DNA from: an uncultured cyanobacterium | GTDB lineage: Bacteria; Cyanobacteriota; Cyanobacteriia; Cyanobacteriales; Nostocaceae | Direction of reading: 5' to 3' | Length of the DNA stretch: 64,000 nucleotides | NCBI GenBank assembly: GCA_963706595.1 | Contig: OY970166.1 | Coordinates: 2,496,001 to 2,560,000, forward strand | The notes under the pieces: model-generated | What the model saw: the letters and a program-made list of their open reading frames with translations, nothing else | Told to the model about the DNA's origin: nothing | The model's database searches: none | In this document: positions 46,464 to 58,603 of the stretch, piece after piece | Layout of the letters: the number at the start of each line of letters is the position of its first letter | How positions within the stretch are numbered: the stretch's first letter is position 1 | Program-made: the position numbers and the translations under genes

Positions 46464-49400
46464 TATCCTATGGGTATTTCAATTACAAACTCAGTACCCT
46501 GTCCCAGTTCAGAATTACAGGTTAACTTACCCTGATGTTTATCCACAACAATCTGATAACTGATTGACAAACCCAACCCTGTACCACTACCTACTGGTTT
46601 CGTAGTAAAAAATGGGTCAAATATTTTTTGCCGCACAGATGCTGTCATACCAAAGGCGTTATCAGCAAACCTAATCTTGAGCATATTAGACTTTGTTAGT
46701 TCAGTGCAAATACGAATTGTGGGACTGCTAATGGTTTGCTCTTTAACTTGTGTCTCTTGCAAGGCATCAATTGCATTGCTAAGAATATTCATAAATACTT
46801 GATTAAGTTGACTAGGGTAACAAGTAATAATCGGTATATCTCCGTATTCTTTGATGATTTTAATTTCACTACAAGTTTGATCTCCAAGTCGTTTTACGTT
46901 TGTAGTATTTTGCTTAAATCGATGCTGCAAAATCATTAAAGTGTTATCCAGCCCCTCATGAATATCAACAGGTTTCATTTCAGATTCATCCAGGCGGGAG
47001 AAATTACGTAAGCCTAAAACGATATTTCGGATACGCGAACTTCCAACTTTCATAGAATCTATAGTTTTAGGTAAGTCTTCTACTAGAAAATCTAGATCAA
47101 TTTCTTCAGCTTTTTCGACAACTTTAGATGCTGGATAGGGATATTCACGTTGATAGACAGCAAACAAGTCTAATAAATCTTCGACATAATCACTAGTATG
47201 AACAAGATTGCCATGAATAAAGTTGATAGGATTGTTAATTTCATGGGCAATTCCTGCTACCATTTGCCCCAAGGAAGACATTTTTTCACTTTGAATTAAT
47301 TGGCTCTGAGTGCGTTGCAATTCCTGTAAAGTTTGCTGCAAATTTTTATTTTTCTCTTTAATTTCTAATGTTCTTTCGGCTACTTTTTCCTCTAAAGTGT
47401 GGTTGTATACCTCCAATCGCTCATTAGCTTGAGCTAAATTTTTGTAAAGCATGGCATTCTCTAGAGAGATTGCTGCTTGGCTAGTCAAAAGTTTGAGAAC
47501 TTCTAAGCGATCGCGTGTAAATGCCCCTGTGGTCAAATTATTTTCTAGGTAAACAATGCCCAGCAATTTACTTTGATTAATCATTGGGATACACAACAAA
47601 CTTTTTGCTTCCTGATGAATAATGTAGATATCTGCCGCTAAGGTAGCTTGAGCTTTTACATCATCAACAACGAATATTTCGCGTGTACGTTTTACATAAT
47701 TAATTAAAGAAATAGGAACATCGGTACTAGATTCTAGAGCAGTTGCTATAAAATTTATGTTAGTATCAATAGAATTTGAACTGTAACTAACGGCAGTAAC
47801 TGTTAAGGTTAATTCATCACTTTCACTCAAAATTAAAACACATTTCGATGCTCCCGCGTTTTCCATGACAACTTCCATTAAAGTCGAAAGAAGTTCCTGT
47901 AATTCAATTTCCCCAGAAAGTGCTTGAGACGCTTTAATGACAGTTGCTAAGTCCAGCATATCTGACATACTAGTATTAGAACTAACCATAGCTTCATTAG
48001 TAATTAAGATAGATTTATTACTAGGGTTAGATTGAGTTATGCTACTTTCAGAGGTACTTATTTCACTAGAATGTAGGTTCAGCTTTTCTGCTTGAATAAT
48101 AGACTTCAGTAATTGAGAATAGCGTTTTTCTAAGTCGTTTACTTTTGCTAATGCACCCCACCGAACATAGCTATAGTAAGCATCAGTTAGGTAAGTTTGG
48201 GCAATCTTCTGCTTACCCCATTCTAAATAAAACTTACTGGCAAGTTCTTGAGCCAGAGCTTCTTCATGGATATATTCATGTTCATGAGCCAGGGAGATGG
48301 CACGGTCATAATATTCCATTGCCTCCAAATATTGAGCCAAAATACGATATTTTTCAGCCTCTATCAAATAAAATTTATGTAAATGATTTATCGGCACATG
48401 ATCTGCCCATTTACGTATCTTTTGTTGATTAGCTAGTACTTTAGCCAAGATTTGTTCTTGTTGAGATGGCTCGGCATCATCATATATAGCCAGCAATGCT
48501 AGAGAACTATAAAAATATAATTGCGGAACCACAAACTGTCCAATTCCACTAGGTAAATACTGCTCTGCTATGACAGCATTTTTAACTGCTTCAGGGTAAT
48601 TGCCAAATAGATAACACAAATAAAGTTTACATAGATAAACATACAAAAGTGCAATTCCATCATTAGCTTTTATCTGAACTGGCAGGATTTTTGTCTCATC
48701 ATAAGCTTCACCAATCAAATGGCAGGGATTTTCAACAGCACCCATTAAATTTAATACTGTCTGTCGATAAATTTGAATCCAGTAAAAAACGCCATCCTGC
48801 TTAATTTGGCAGGCGGCATAACTGTAGTTTGCCATTTCCCGCTCAAGTTGGGTCAGTTCCTGACCGCTAAAATAGGAAATGTAGCAGTATGAATATAAAG
48901 AATAAGCAGCGAATTCTAAATCTCCTGTTTCTAATCCAACAGCATAAGCTTCTAAAAGAGGCTGTAAAACTTCCTTAATCGGTTCCTTCCAATGCCTGAC
49001 ATGAGCATTAAATGTTTGGATAATTTTAGATTTAATTTCTTTAAGATTAAAGCGTGATGATAGACTTATAGCTAATTTGCCAAACTGATAACCAAGTTCA
49101 ATATCTTCCAAAGGACCACACAGCATTAAACCATAGGCAACATATGCAAAGGCCGATAAGGGAGAATTACCATATTTAAGCGATAAATTAACTTGTTTCA
49201 AGCAAATCAGAGGCATCAGTTCAGGAACAGACTGATAAGCCAGAGCAATTGCACTGGACAAAATACGCATGATTGCCAATGGTTCTGCTTGCTTCATCTC
49301 TGGTAAATCAATTAATTCTTCTATGTTGCGATTAACCAGAATTGAAGTTGTTATTTCCATTTCTTTCTGAACATCAGTCTGGCTAGGATGCTCTGGAAAT

Positions 49401-52110
49401 TGCACTCCCAACAATGTCAAAAAGGCTAGTGCAGTTTTGACAGCTTTTATTGCTTTACCCTGCGCCCCATAAGCCTGGATTGTGACTTCATAAACTTTTA
49501 CCTTCTCCAATAATGTATTAGCTTTTGCTAACACAACCTGAACCAGTTGCTCTGTCTGCTCAAATTCGCCATTCAAATATGCCGCCTCTGCCGCAGCCTC
49601 ATATAAAGCTAGGGTTAGCTCATATTTAATATCCCAACTATCACCCGCCAGCAGTTTAATTCCAGTCGTTAAATACTTAATCGCAGCTGAGTAAGCTGTG
49701 GATGCTAAAGCTTTACGTCCAGCAATCAGGTTCATTTCAGATAGCTCATCGCGCTTAGTTTGCTCTGTGATGAATTCAATTGCAATGTTAAGCTGATTAA
49801 CCAAAATAAAAATATTTTCTTCCCTCTGCTCAATAGGGATGTCATTAAATAGCAATAGCCCTATTTTTAGGTGAATTATTTTTTTTTGTTCAATAGGAAT
49901 TAAGGAATAAGCAGCTTGTTGCACCCGGTCATGTACAAAGCTATATTTGGGTAATTTATTATTATTATTAGTTATTAATTTGTGTGATTCTTCTCTATTA
50001 GAAACTTCTGGCTGTTTATACTCATCTTCTGACAAAGAATTGTATACTTCATTTTGAGGCAAAACTAAACCATCAAGCAAGGCTGGCCATAAATCATTTG
50101 CTGTATCTACTATAGATTTTTCATGAATAGTGGCAAGGGTTTTTAAGTCGAATTCATTACCAATACAAGCCGCGGATATCAACAAGTCATGAGTAATTTT
50201 GGGCAGTTTTTTGATTTGAATTGCCATGAATTCTACTACATCGTCTGTAAGAGTTAATGCTTGAATTCTTGTAATATCATACTGCCAGTGACCAAGATCC
50301 AAATTCAATGTAATTAGTCCATCATCATGTAAAGACTTCAGGAATTGAGTCACAAAGAAGGGATTTCCTTTTGTTTTAGCAAATACAATTTGTGTCAAAG
50401 GAACAGCAACTACTTCTTGACAATGCAATGTATCAACAATCAAATCATTTAAATCTGATTGATTGAGGGGTGAAAGAGTTATGCTATTAATAGTTGCTCC
50501 TGTTTTAGCAATTTCTTGTAATGTCAAATTTAATGGATGTGCATTTGAGACTTCATTATCACGGTATGCACCAATCACTAATAAACTCCCATTATCCTTC
50601 ATTATCCTGTGCATTTTGTCTGTAACAATAGAAGCTGTAGCTTCACTCATTAATAATTGGATAAAATTCAAAGAATCTTTATCTGCCCATTGCAAGTCAT
50701 CCAGAAAAATTACTAAAGGATGCTCTTTAGTATTAAAAATTTGTATGAATCTCTGGAACAATAAGTTAAACCGATTTTGGGCAGCACTACCAGAAATATC
50801 TGTAGCTGGAGGTTGTTTACCAATAATCATTTCTAGTTCAGGAATTACATCAGTAATTACCTGACCATGCGTACCCAATACTGATAAAATTTTCTCCTTC
50901 CACTGTTGAATTTGAATATCAGTTTCCGAAATTAGTTGGTCAATTAAATCCCTAAAAGCTTGTACTAATCCTGACAAAGGGGTATCATGTTGAGATTGAT
51001 CAAATTTACCCTTTATAAAGTAGCTACGCTGTCTGACAATCGGCTTATGAATTTCGTTGACTATAGCAGTTTTACCAATCCCGGAAAAACCCGTGACTAA
51101 TATCATTTCTGTTGTCCCGTGTGTCACGCGGTTAAAACTGGCGAGTAGAGTTTTAAGTTCACGTTGACGGCCATAAAGTTTTTCGGGAATAATAAAACAG
51201 TTAGAAATATCTCGACTTCCTAATTCAAAATTTGCAATATCTTCTTTTTCTTGCCACTGCTTGCGGCATATTTCTAAGTCATGCTTGAGTCCATATGCAC
51301 TTTGATAACGGTCTTCGGCATTTTTTGCCATTAGCTTGCTGATTATCTCAGACAAGATGGGGGAATATTAGGGTTAATCTGGCTAGCTTTTGGCGGTTCT
51401 TTTGCAATGTGCGAGTATACTAACTCTATTGGGTCAGTGCTGCTGAAGGGTAACTGTCCCGTGAGGAGTTCAAAGAAGGTAACACCTAAAGAATAAAAAT
51501 CAGTGCGGTAGTCAATACCTCGATTCATACGTCCCGTTTGTTCGGGAGAAATATAAGCTAGTGTGCCTTCTAAAACGTTAGGATTTGTAATAACTTGAAT
51601 TTGTTTCGGTAAGAGACTCGCAAGACTAAAATCGATGATTTTAATCTCATTAGTCTTGGGTTTAATGAGAATGTTAGCGGGTTTGATATCCTTGTGAATG
51701 ATGCGATGGTGGTGTAGTCCTTCCAGTGCGGAAGAAACTTCAATAGCAATATGGAAAAACGCAGTTAAAGAAACCGGATTTTTCTCCATGTCCGGCTTTT
51801 TTTGTTGCCAATCTTTAAGAGATATACCGCCAAAGTCTTCCATGACTAGGATATAGCCGTTGCCGTAGTTTTCCAAACTATGGGGTTTGACAACTCCGGG
51901 TATATCCAGGTTTTGGGTAATACTGTATTGATTACGGAACTGAGCGATTTCAGCAAAAGTAGGATATTCATTCCGCATCAGTTTGAGGATCACAGGTTTT
52001 TGATCTTGTTCTCTGATGCCCCGATAAACTAGGGTTTTGCTACCTGAATAGATTGGCTCAGTAATCCGATAGCCAATTATAGGGTATACAGTATCTAATC
52101 CTACTAACAT
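46463..52110 (-). pseudogene. Ser/Thr kinase-AAA ATPase-GAF-histidine kinase (HstK/Pkn type), frameshifted (ORFs 51343-52110 and 46463-51355)
   Basis: HKDIKPANI, EGTLAYISPEQTGRMNR; GFSGIGKT, FLDDLQW; GAF; AHEINNP; GTGLGL. A 1-nt loss in the C run at about 51360 breaks the expected NIPPILSEIISKLMAK. Confidence 0.88.
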
Positions 52111-52298
52111 TCTAGGTTATGCTCATACTTAGGTTGCTCTGTTTTATTATTCCCATAATATAAATATAAATAACGTTAAAAAAATTAAAACTCAGGTTAA
52201 AATATTTTTTTTAGTTATGCAATATAAATAAAAATATGAGAAACATTTATCTAATTAAAACCCAACATATAGGATTTCCCACTTTAATAAGTACTTGA

Positions 52299-52552
52299 AC
52301 CCCACCCGCAACCCCCTCCGGTGCAAGCGAGGCTACTGGCGTGGCAAGCTTAAAATAGTGCATTAGGTAAAAGCAGACAACATTGATTTATCTCAATTTT
52401 CTCAAAAATCTATTGCAACATTTTAGCCTTGCCACGCCAGTAGGTTGGGTTGACGTAAGGAAACCCAACATCATTGGTCCCGTTGGTTTGCGCTGCGCTT
52501 AACCCAACCTACGTCTAATGCACTATTTTAAGCTTGTCAGTCCACTACTGGC
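52299..52552. repeat. Composite nested inverted-repeat element with a REP-like GTAG palindrome
   Basis: IR pairs 52333-52348/52428-52443, 52346-52366/52515-52535 and 52440-52451/52501-52512; CTACTGGC direct repeat at 52333 and 52545. Confidence 0.7.
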
Positions 52553-52763
52553 TACGTTTTTTTGTCTTACTAATTAGGGTGCAGTTATTTTAGTAAGATG
52601 TAATAATAGCGATAATCTTTTAATTTATTGGGTATTCAGAGTTTTAACTAATTCGCATTCTTCGCATAAGCAAGTCAAAAATACAATCATTTGATGAGCA
52701 AAGGCTTGAAAATTTTATGCTTTCAAAGAGCGATAGTATTTTCTAATTTTTCGATGCTTCTGT

Positions 52764-53292
52764 AGAGCTATCCTAAGTTGACAATTAAATAGACATACTT
52801 ATACACTTATAGACAAAGCTATAAGTGTATTTATGTTTAAACCACATGAATTTGCCGAAAAAATGGAAGTTTCTGTGAAAACGTTGCAGAGATGGGACAA
52901 TTCTGGGAAATTATTTGCCAAAAGAACACCATCGGGACATCGATTTTATACTGAAAACGACTTGCTCAAGTAATTGCTGATTGCGGATTTCATGAATTTA
53001 AGCGCCAGCTAGAATATAAAGCTCAAAAGTTTGGTTGTGAAATAATTATTGCTGACCGTTGGTTTCCATCAACTAAAACCTGTTCTAATTGCGGACATAT
53101 TCAAGATATGCCGCTTTCAGAAAGAGTTTACAATTGCCACAATTGTGGGCATGCGATGGATAGAGATTTAAACGCAGCAATAGTTTTATCAAGGTTGGCT
53201 AAACCTTGAAAGCTTGCTGAGGGATAACCGCTCCCATGCTCCCTTTGACGCAAGAAGTAAATATCTAGCTTGGTCTAATATTTATATAGCAG
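52764..53292 (+). mobile_element. Internally deleted IS607-family element (tnpA 5' fragment joined to tnpB 3' fragment)
   Basis: 52833-52973 MFKPHEFAEKMEVSVKTLQRWDNSGKL..RTPSGHRFY (TnpA MerR-like HTH); 52973-53209 ADCGFHEFKRQLEYK...STKTCSNCG...CHNCG..DRDLNAA (TnpB zinc finger/RuvC-III); TAGACA subterminal repeats; right end ...TATATAGCAG. Confidence 0.88.
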
Positions 53293-53310
53293 CAGTTAAG
53301 CTTTTATTGT

Positions 53311-53346
53311 CAAGAACAAGTAGTACATAAATACTACTTGTTCTTT
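53311..53346. terminator. Hairpin, probable terminator
   Basis: AAGAACAAGTAGTA-CATAAA-TACTACTTGTTCTT followed by a T-run. Confidence 0.6.
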
Positions 53347-53444
53347 TTAGGTTTTGAACCAAATATTTTTACTTACATTCACTCAAGAATTTGTGTTTGA
53401 GGCTACGCATTAAGAAAGGCACAGAAGGACTGTAAATACAAATA

Positions 53445-54077
53445 CTACTTGATTTTTTGTTTAATAAAAGTCACCACCTGAGCTAGCTGTTTCTTTAAGC
53501 CGTCGATTTCTGCTTGCATTTTGATAACTTTTTCATTTAGCGCATTTATTTCTGCTGAGTTAGCTGAGTGATTATCCGAAGGCACTACTATCGTATTTGC
53601 GATACTAGAAGCGGCTACGGGAATCTTCTTGGTGTCAACAGTGGCTACCGGAATATTTTTAGTAGCCACACCAGCTACTGGAATGATTTCTGGGCGAGGC
53701 TTTTTGGCTTTGGCCATCGCTGACTTAATCGCAGTAATGAGTTGCTTTTGGTCAAAAGGTTTTCCCAGAAATTCAAAGTATTCAAAAGGTTCTGTAAATT
53801 TTTCTGTCACCTCTTCCTTACGACCAGACATGATCACCAAGGGAATCTTCCTTAACTCCGGCTGTGCTTGAACTTGCTGAAAAACTTCCCAACCACTCAT
53901 TTTAGGTAGGAGAAAGTCCAACATGATCAAGCTGAGTTTTTCCTGACGGATGAAATTCAATCCTTCCAAGCCGTCTTTTGCTTCTAAGACCTCGAAATTA
54001 CCCGGAGGCAACATCTGTCGTACTTTTAACCTGACAACGGTAGTGTCATCGATAACTAAGATTTTGTTGCTTGCCAC
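53445..54077 (-). CDS. Response regulator (receiver + low-complexity linker + coiled coil)
   Basis: LVIDD, MLDFLLPKMSG, KPF. Confidence 0.9.
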   Translation of the reverse strand: MASNKILVIDDTTVVRLKVRQMLPPGNFEVLEAKDGLEGLNFIRQEKLSLIMLDFLLPKMSGWEVFQQVQAQPELRKIPLVIMSGRKEEVTEKFTEPFEYFEFLGKPFDQKQLITAIKSAMAKAKKPRPEIIPVAGVATKNIPVATVDTKKIPVAASSIANTIVVPSDNHSANSAEINALNEKVIKMQAEIDGLKKQLAQVVTFIKQKIK

Positions 54078-54345
54078 GACTTATTGCTCTAACAGATTAA
54101 ATGTAAATAGCGATTTTGCTGATTGACATTACTCAGCACTTTTGATTTTGAGAGTGTTCCCACTATATACAAATTTTTTGTTCATTGGGGGATAGTATAT
54201 TTCGCTATAAATGGCAAAAACGGAAGTACTTTAAAAAACTAGTGCTTATATTTGGGGAAATTTGTGTCATGGTGATATTTAGGGGCTTAAACCTTGCTCA
54301 AGTGCAGAGGAAATTTGCCCTACAGTACTTTTAGATATTGCTTGG

Positions 54346-55257
54346 ATGTCTATGACTTCGCTACAGCCAGCCCAATTTAAGTCGGAAATTACGGCAATAC
54401 CTAGCTGGTTACGTCGCCCAATTGGCAAAGCTAGTGAGCTTTCTACTGTACAACGCATTATTAAGCAGCGCCAAATTCACACCATTTGCGAAGAAGGACG
54501 ATGCCCCAATAGAGGGGAGTGCTATGCTCAAAAAACTGCAACTTTCTTGCTATTAGGTTCAGTCTGCACACGCTCTTGTGCTTTTTGTCAAGTAGATAAA
54601 GGTCATGCACCAATGCCTATTGACTCAGAGGAACCGCGAAAAGTAGCAGAAGCAGTGCAGCTTTTGGGATTGCGTTATGTGGTGCTAACTTCCGTCGCTC
54701 GTGATGATTTGCCAGATCAGGGAGCGGGGCAGTTTGTGAAGACAATTGATACTATTCGCCTGTTAAATCCAGAGACTCAAGTTGAAGTGCTGACTCCAGA
54801 TTTTTGGGGTGGTGCGGGTGCTGGGGAATTAGGCCAATGGCAAAGGATAGCCACTATTGTGACAGCCAAGCCAGCTTGTTTTAATCACAATGTGGAGACT
54901 GTGCGGCGGTTAACAGGCCCTGTGCGTCGGGGAGCCAAGTATGATCGCTCGCTGCGAGTGCTGGCGGTAGTTAAAGAAATTGATTCGACTATTCCTACCA
55001 AATCAGGTTTGATGCTGGGACACGGCGAAACGAGGGCGGAAGTAATCGAAACTATGGCGGATTTGAGGGACGTGGGGTGCGATCGCCTGACTATCGGCCA
55101 GTATATGCGTCCTTCCTTAGAACATTTACCCGTTCAAAAATACTGGACTCCAGAAGAATTTGATGAACTGGGGAGCATAGCATGGAAAATGGGATTCAAC
55201 CACGTCCGTTCAGGACCTTTGGTTCGTAGTTCCTACCATGCGGGTGAGGAGGAGTAA
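54346..55257 (+). CDS. lipA: Lipoyl synthase
   Basis: [30 protein letters not shown]. Confidence 0.97.
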   Translation: MSMTSLQPAQFKSEITAIPSWLRRPIGKASELSTVQRIIKQRQIHTICEEGRCPNRGECYAQKTATFLLLGSVCTRSCAFCQVDKGHAPMPIDSEEPRKVAEAVQLLGLRYVVLTSVARDDLPDQGAGQFVKTIDTIRLLNPETQVEVLTPDFWGGAGAGELGQWQRIATIVTAKPACFNHNVETVRRLTGPVRRGAKYDRSLRVLAVVKEIDSTIPTKSGLMLGHGETRAEVIETMADLRDVGCDRLTIGQYMRPSLEHLPVQKYWTPEEFDELGSIAWKMGFNHVRSGPLVRSSYHAGEEE

Positions 55258-55385
55258 GAGGCAGGGGGGCAGGGAGCAGGGAGCAGGGGGAGTAAGAGGC
55301 AGGGGGGCAGGGAGCAGGGAGCAGGGGGGAGAAGACGGTAACTTCCCAATGACTAATGACCAATGACTAATGACAAATGACCAAA
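55256..55385. repeat. STRR arrays
   Basis: (GCAGGGA/GCAGGGG)n followed by (AATGACT/AATGACC)n. Confidence 0.8.
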
Positions 55386-55469
55386 GACACAAATATTTCT
55401 AAAGAATTTGGATTTTTGGTACACCTGTTTGGTATTTCTGAGAAAGTCAACAAAGAAGGAGAACGACTT

Positions 55470-55604
55470 ATGGCTAAAGTTCAAAATTCGCCGGTTCCAT
55501 CCACAGGAGCTAAACCCCCGTACACTTTTCGCGCTGGTTGGGCATTACTGTTATTAGCTGTTAACTTCTTGGTTGCAGCTTATTACTTCCACATCATTGA
55601 GTAG
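55470..55604 (+). CDS. psaX: Photosystem I subunit PsaX
   Basis: MAKVQNSPVPSTGAKPPYTFRAGWALLLLAVNFLVAAYYFHIIE; SD AAGGAG. Confidence 0.92.
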   Translation: MAKVQNSPVPSTGAKPPYTFRAGWALLLLAVNFLVAAYYFHIIE

Positions 55605-55625
55605 TTAGAAGTGGAGTGGTGCTGC

Positions 55626-56492
55626 TCAAATCGTGCCTTTGAATAAACCTTTGGGGCGAATGAGCAGCACCAAAATCATAATTAACAGCGCTATACCTTG
55701 TTTATACTGTGAACCTATCCACAGGGTGCTGAGTTCTTGGGTAACACCAATAATTAAAGCGGCGGCGATCGCACCGTAGGGATTACCAATACCTCCTAAA
55801 ATTACGGAAGCGAATAAGGGCAAAATCAAAAACCACCCCATATTCGGGCGTACGGCTGTAATCAATCCATACATACTGCCACCCAAAGAGGTGAATGTAC
55901 CGGCAATAATCCAAGTCCAAAGGATGACTTGCTCGACATTGATCCCAGAAACTCTCGCTAAATCTAGATCGTCAGCCACGGCTCGCATCGCTTTACCAAT
56001 TTTGGTGTTTTGCAGGAGATAGTGCAGTGCCAAAATTGCAATCACTGCTAACCCCAATACCAATAATTGATTTTGCGCTACTCGGATGCCAAAAATATTC
56101 AACGCCGTGGTCACGGGTAAATCGTAATTTTGGTTCTGGCCGCCCCAAAGGAAGATAATGCCATTGCGGAGGAATAAGGCCAGTCCAATAGAGATAATAA
56201 TCAGTGTCGTGGAAGTGGCACGAATTGAGCGCATTCTGGACCACAACAATTTTTCTGCCAGTAGCATTGCGGCTACTGTTCCCATTGCTGCCAAAATCAT
56301 CGATAGCCAAATATTGATGCCACCGGCATTTACTAACAGGGTCAAATAGGCTCCCATAGTTAAAAAATCACCGTGAGCAAAATTAGATAACCGTAAAATG
56401 CCGTAAGTAAGGGTAAGTCCGACTGCTGCTAGTGCAATAATGCTTCCTACTGCAATGCCATTGACGATTAGTTGAGCAATTTGTGTATCCAT
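55626..56492 (-). CDS. Branched/neutral amino-acid ABC permease (LivH/NatD-like)
   Basis: GLTLTYGILRLSNFAHG, GKAMRAVADD, VILGGIGNPYG, RPKGL. Confidence 0.9.
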   Translation of the reverse strand: MDTQIAQLIVNGIAVGSIIALAAVGLTLTYGILRLSNFAHGDFLTMGAYLTLLVNAGGINIWLSMILAAMGTVAAMLLAEKLLWSRMRSIRATSTTLIIISIGLALFLRNGIIFLWGGQNQNYDLPVTTALNIFGIRVAQNQLLVLGLAVIAILALHYLLQNTKIGKAMRAVADDLDLARVSGINVEQVILWTWIIAGTFTSLGGSMYGLITAVRPNMGWFLILPLFASVILGGIGNPYGAIAAALIIGVTQELSTLWIGSQYKQGIALLIMILVLLIRPKGLFKGTI

Positions 56493-56691
56493 CAGTTTTT
56501 TCTAAAAAGTTACTATCTAAAGCTCCTCAGAATTTGAGGAGGTTTAAGTTTATACAATATTTTCTTGTTACTAGTGACAATGTACAGGACAAGTTATAGT
56601 TTATATACAAGAGGCAATTGTGAGTTAATATACATAAAATCTTGTTAACCTTTTTGTGCCAAGCCAAACTTGTTTAACGGTCTACTTGACC

Positions 56692-58522
56692 ATGCAGCAA
56701 TATTCAAGCTTACCAGAACAAAACTCAACAGTAGATGGAACGCCAAAACTTTTGACAACAATGCAGCAACTTCGTGCCGAGTTGTGGCTGGAACGCAGCT
56801 TGAACCAGTTGCAAAGTCGCCTTAACGATTGCCTACTTTCTGTTTGTAGTCATGTCTCCCAGTCTAAAAACACAGAAGCGGAAATTTTCCAAACTGTGGT
56901 GAACGAGATCGCCATTGCTTTGAATAGTATTACGGTAGCGATCGCTTTATTTCAGCCGCGAGAAAAAATCGCTCAGGTTTGTTATGTTTCTTGTTCTGAC
57001 TCGCCATGTCCACAACTGATATTTCTAGATCAGAAAGATAAAAAACTGCAATTGAAATTGCAAGAAGTCATAGCAGTCCAAGATTTACAGCAGCTGGAGA
57101 CACAACAACCAAATCATGTCTGGCGTTTAACTGATGATGCTAGGGCTGTTATTGGTTGGTTAATGATCTCGAAAACGCCCCTCAAGTCTGAGGATAAATC
57201 ACTCATAGCATCCCAATCTCAACTGAGATCACAATTCCTGACCCGATCGATTAAGCAGTGTGTGGGGACACTGATACAACTCAAAAAAATCCAATCTTTA
57301 CAGCAACGCTCCCAACAGCTAGGTAGTTCTAACGAAAAACTAGAGCGCACCAATGAACTTAAAAACCAGTTTCTGGCTAACACCAGTCATGAAATCCGCA
57401 CACCGTTAAGTTCAATCATCGGTTTCAGCCAACTACTCTTAGCCCAAGGCTACGATCCAACTAGGCAACACCACCAAGAGTATTTAAAGATCATTCAGTC
57501 AAGTGGTAAGCACTTACTAACGCTCATCAACGATATTTTAGACCTCTCTAAAATTGAAGCCAACCAGCTGGAAGTGGAATGGGAAAAGGTCAATGTACCA
57601 GAAATATGTCGTAATGTTTTAGCACTTGTAAAAGAGAAAGCCGCTAATAAGGGTTTGAAACTGCGTCTCAAACTAGATCCCAATGTCACAACTTTAGTTG
57701 CTGATCCTCTGCGCCTGAAGCAAATGCTGTTGAATTTGCTGTTTAATGCCCTGAAGTTTACCAGTACAGGAACTGTGGGTTTAGAAGTTTTGCGCAAAGG
57801 TGAGTTTATACATTTTATAGTTTGGGATACTGGGATTGGCATTTCCCCAGAAAACCAAGCGCAACTATTTCAACCCTATTTTCAAATTGCCAATACTGTA
57901 GTTAGTCGCAGTGAAGGTACTGGTTTGGGGTTAACGGTGACTCGGAAGTTGGTGGAAATTCATGGTGGTTGGCTGGAAGTGGAATCGGAAGTCGATCACG
58001 GCTCGCGTTTTACAATCATTCTCCCGATGCAGCCTGTGGAAGAACTGGGGAAAGATGAAGTAGATGTAGAGGCGATAGAGGTTTCTCCCAGGGTGGGAGA
58101 TCAAGAGAATGGAACAATCACCACCGCCACTGATTAATTCTAGTTCTGGTCTAGAGATTTTGTTGGTGGAAAATGATTTCCCCAACGCTGAGTTAATCAG
58201 GATTTATCTGAGTACATTGGGATATCAGGTGACTTGGGTCAAGAATGCTGCCCAAATGTGGTCGGCGCTGGCACAGTTAAAGCCAATGGTGATTTTAATG
58301 GATGTTTCTCTGCCAGATGGAAATGGTTTAAAGCTGGCGCAGCAGCTGCGAGCAGAAGAGCAGTATCAGATGATTCCGGTAATTGTTCAAACAGCAATGG
58401 CGATGAAAGGCGATCGCGAAACTTGTTTAGCGGCTGGAGTCAATGATTATATTTCTAAACCGATTGATTTACCTCTGTTAGGCGATGTTAGTATCAAAGA
58501 TATATTAAATTACCAAAATTAG
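56692..58522 (+). pseudogene. Hybrid histidine kinase, HrmK-like, split in the kinase-receiver linker (ORFs ending 58137 and 58109-58522)
   Basis: MQQYSSLPE...ELWLERSLNQLQ N-terminus, SHEIRTPL, GTGLGL; the receiver (MDVSLPDGNG, ISKP) is in another frame. Confidence 0.7.
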
Positions 58523-58603
58523 GAGTATTATGGCAAAATAATTCGGTTCAAGTCTAAGATAGGATTAATTGGGTGCTATGGGTTTGACCCAGATTAGGAA
58601 ATC

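Noticed and set aside
51355..51365. Programmed frameshift or phase variation in the large kinase
   Set aside because: The homopolymer run is short and there is no slippery heptamer or stimulatory structure. An error or simple mutation is more likely.
55256..55385. Possible CRISPR arrays at the repeat tracts (also 20594, 22378, 29372, 39140)
   Set aside because: They are 7-bp tandem STRR units with no repeat-spacer structure and no cas genes.
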